Of a DNA stretch of 35,036 nucleotides, positions 35,003 through 35,036 are shown in pieces; position 1 is the stretch's first letter, and the number at the start of each line of letters is the position of its first letter. The position numbers were made by a program, and so were the translations under genes. The DNA comes from a virus. Taxonomy: Duplodnaviria; Caudoviricetes. The notes beneath the pieces were generated by a model, which was given only the letters and a program-made list of their open reading frames with translations, did not search any database and was not told the origin of the DNA. The stretch lies in the IMG/VR virus record IMGVR_UViG_3300008108_004733, positions 1-35,036 of that record; one strand, 5' to 3'.

Positions 35003-35036
35003 AATTTTAAATATTTTATATTAATATATTATTTTT

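Noticed and set aside
1-35036. Alternative genetic code as in some large phages
   Set aside because: Core genes are full length in code 11; TAG (dut) and TGA (KTSC) both end genes at expected positions

Overview
Very AT-rich (by eye under 30% GC), gene-dense segment of a large T4-like (jumbo/huge) tailed phage, standard genetic code, most likely infecting a Bacteroidota host. Host evidence: Bacteroidota-type bS21, no Shine-Dalgarno sites before genes, a TAnnTTTG promoter, a lipoprotein with D-S/T-x sequons and a DUF4494-like gene. Left to right: partial P-loop kinase, small lipoprotein, candidate ~100-nt ncRNA, N-domain-less ClpC, Hsp20, KTSC and nucleotidyltransferase. Next is a plus-strand head module (putative internal proteins, large terminase, portal, antisense ribosomal protein bS21, prohead protease, scaffold, major capsid). 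A long minus-strand block follows with modular basic proteins, a DUF1566-tipped structural protein, a baseplate spike-like protein, a gp55-like sigma factor, three glycosyltransferases, a degenerate HAD, PhoH and dUTPase. Main leads: (1) a candidate late regulon made of the sigma factor and a sense-strand TATTTATA motif, often within a few nt of the ATG; (2) a possible translation-control set of bS21 (keeping Tyr54) and a small RNA starting with GGAGGU; (3) head proteins built like protease-cleavable polyproteins; (4) a sequon-dense lipoprotein. All family calls come from reading motifs by eye; no database searches were run.
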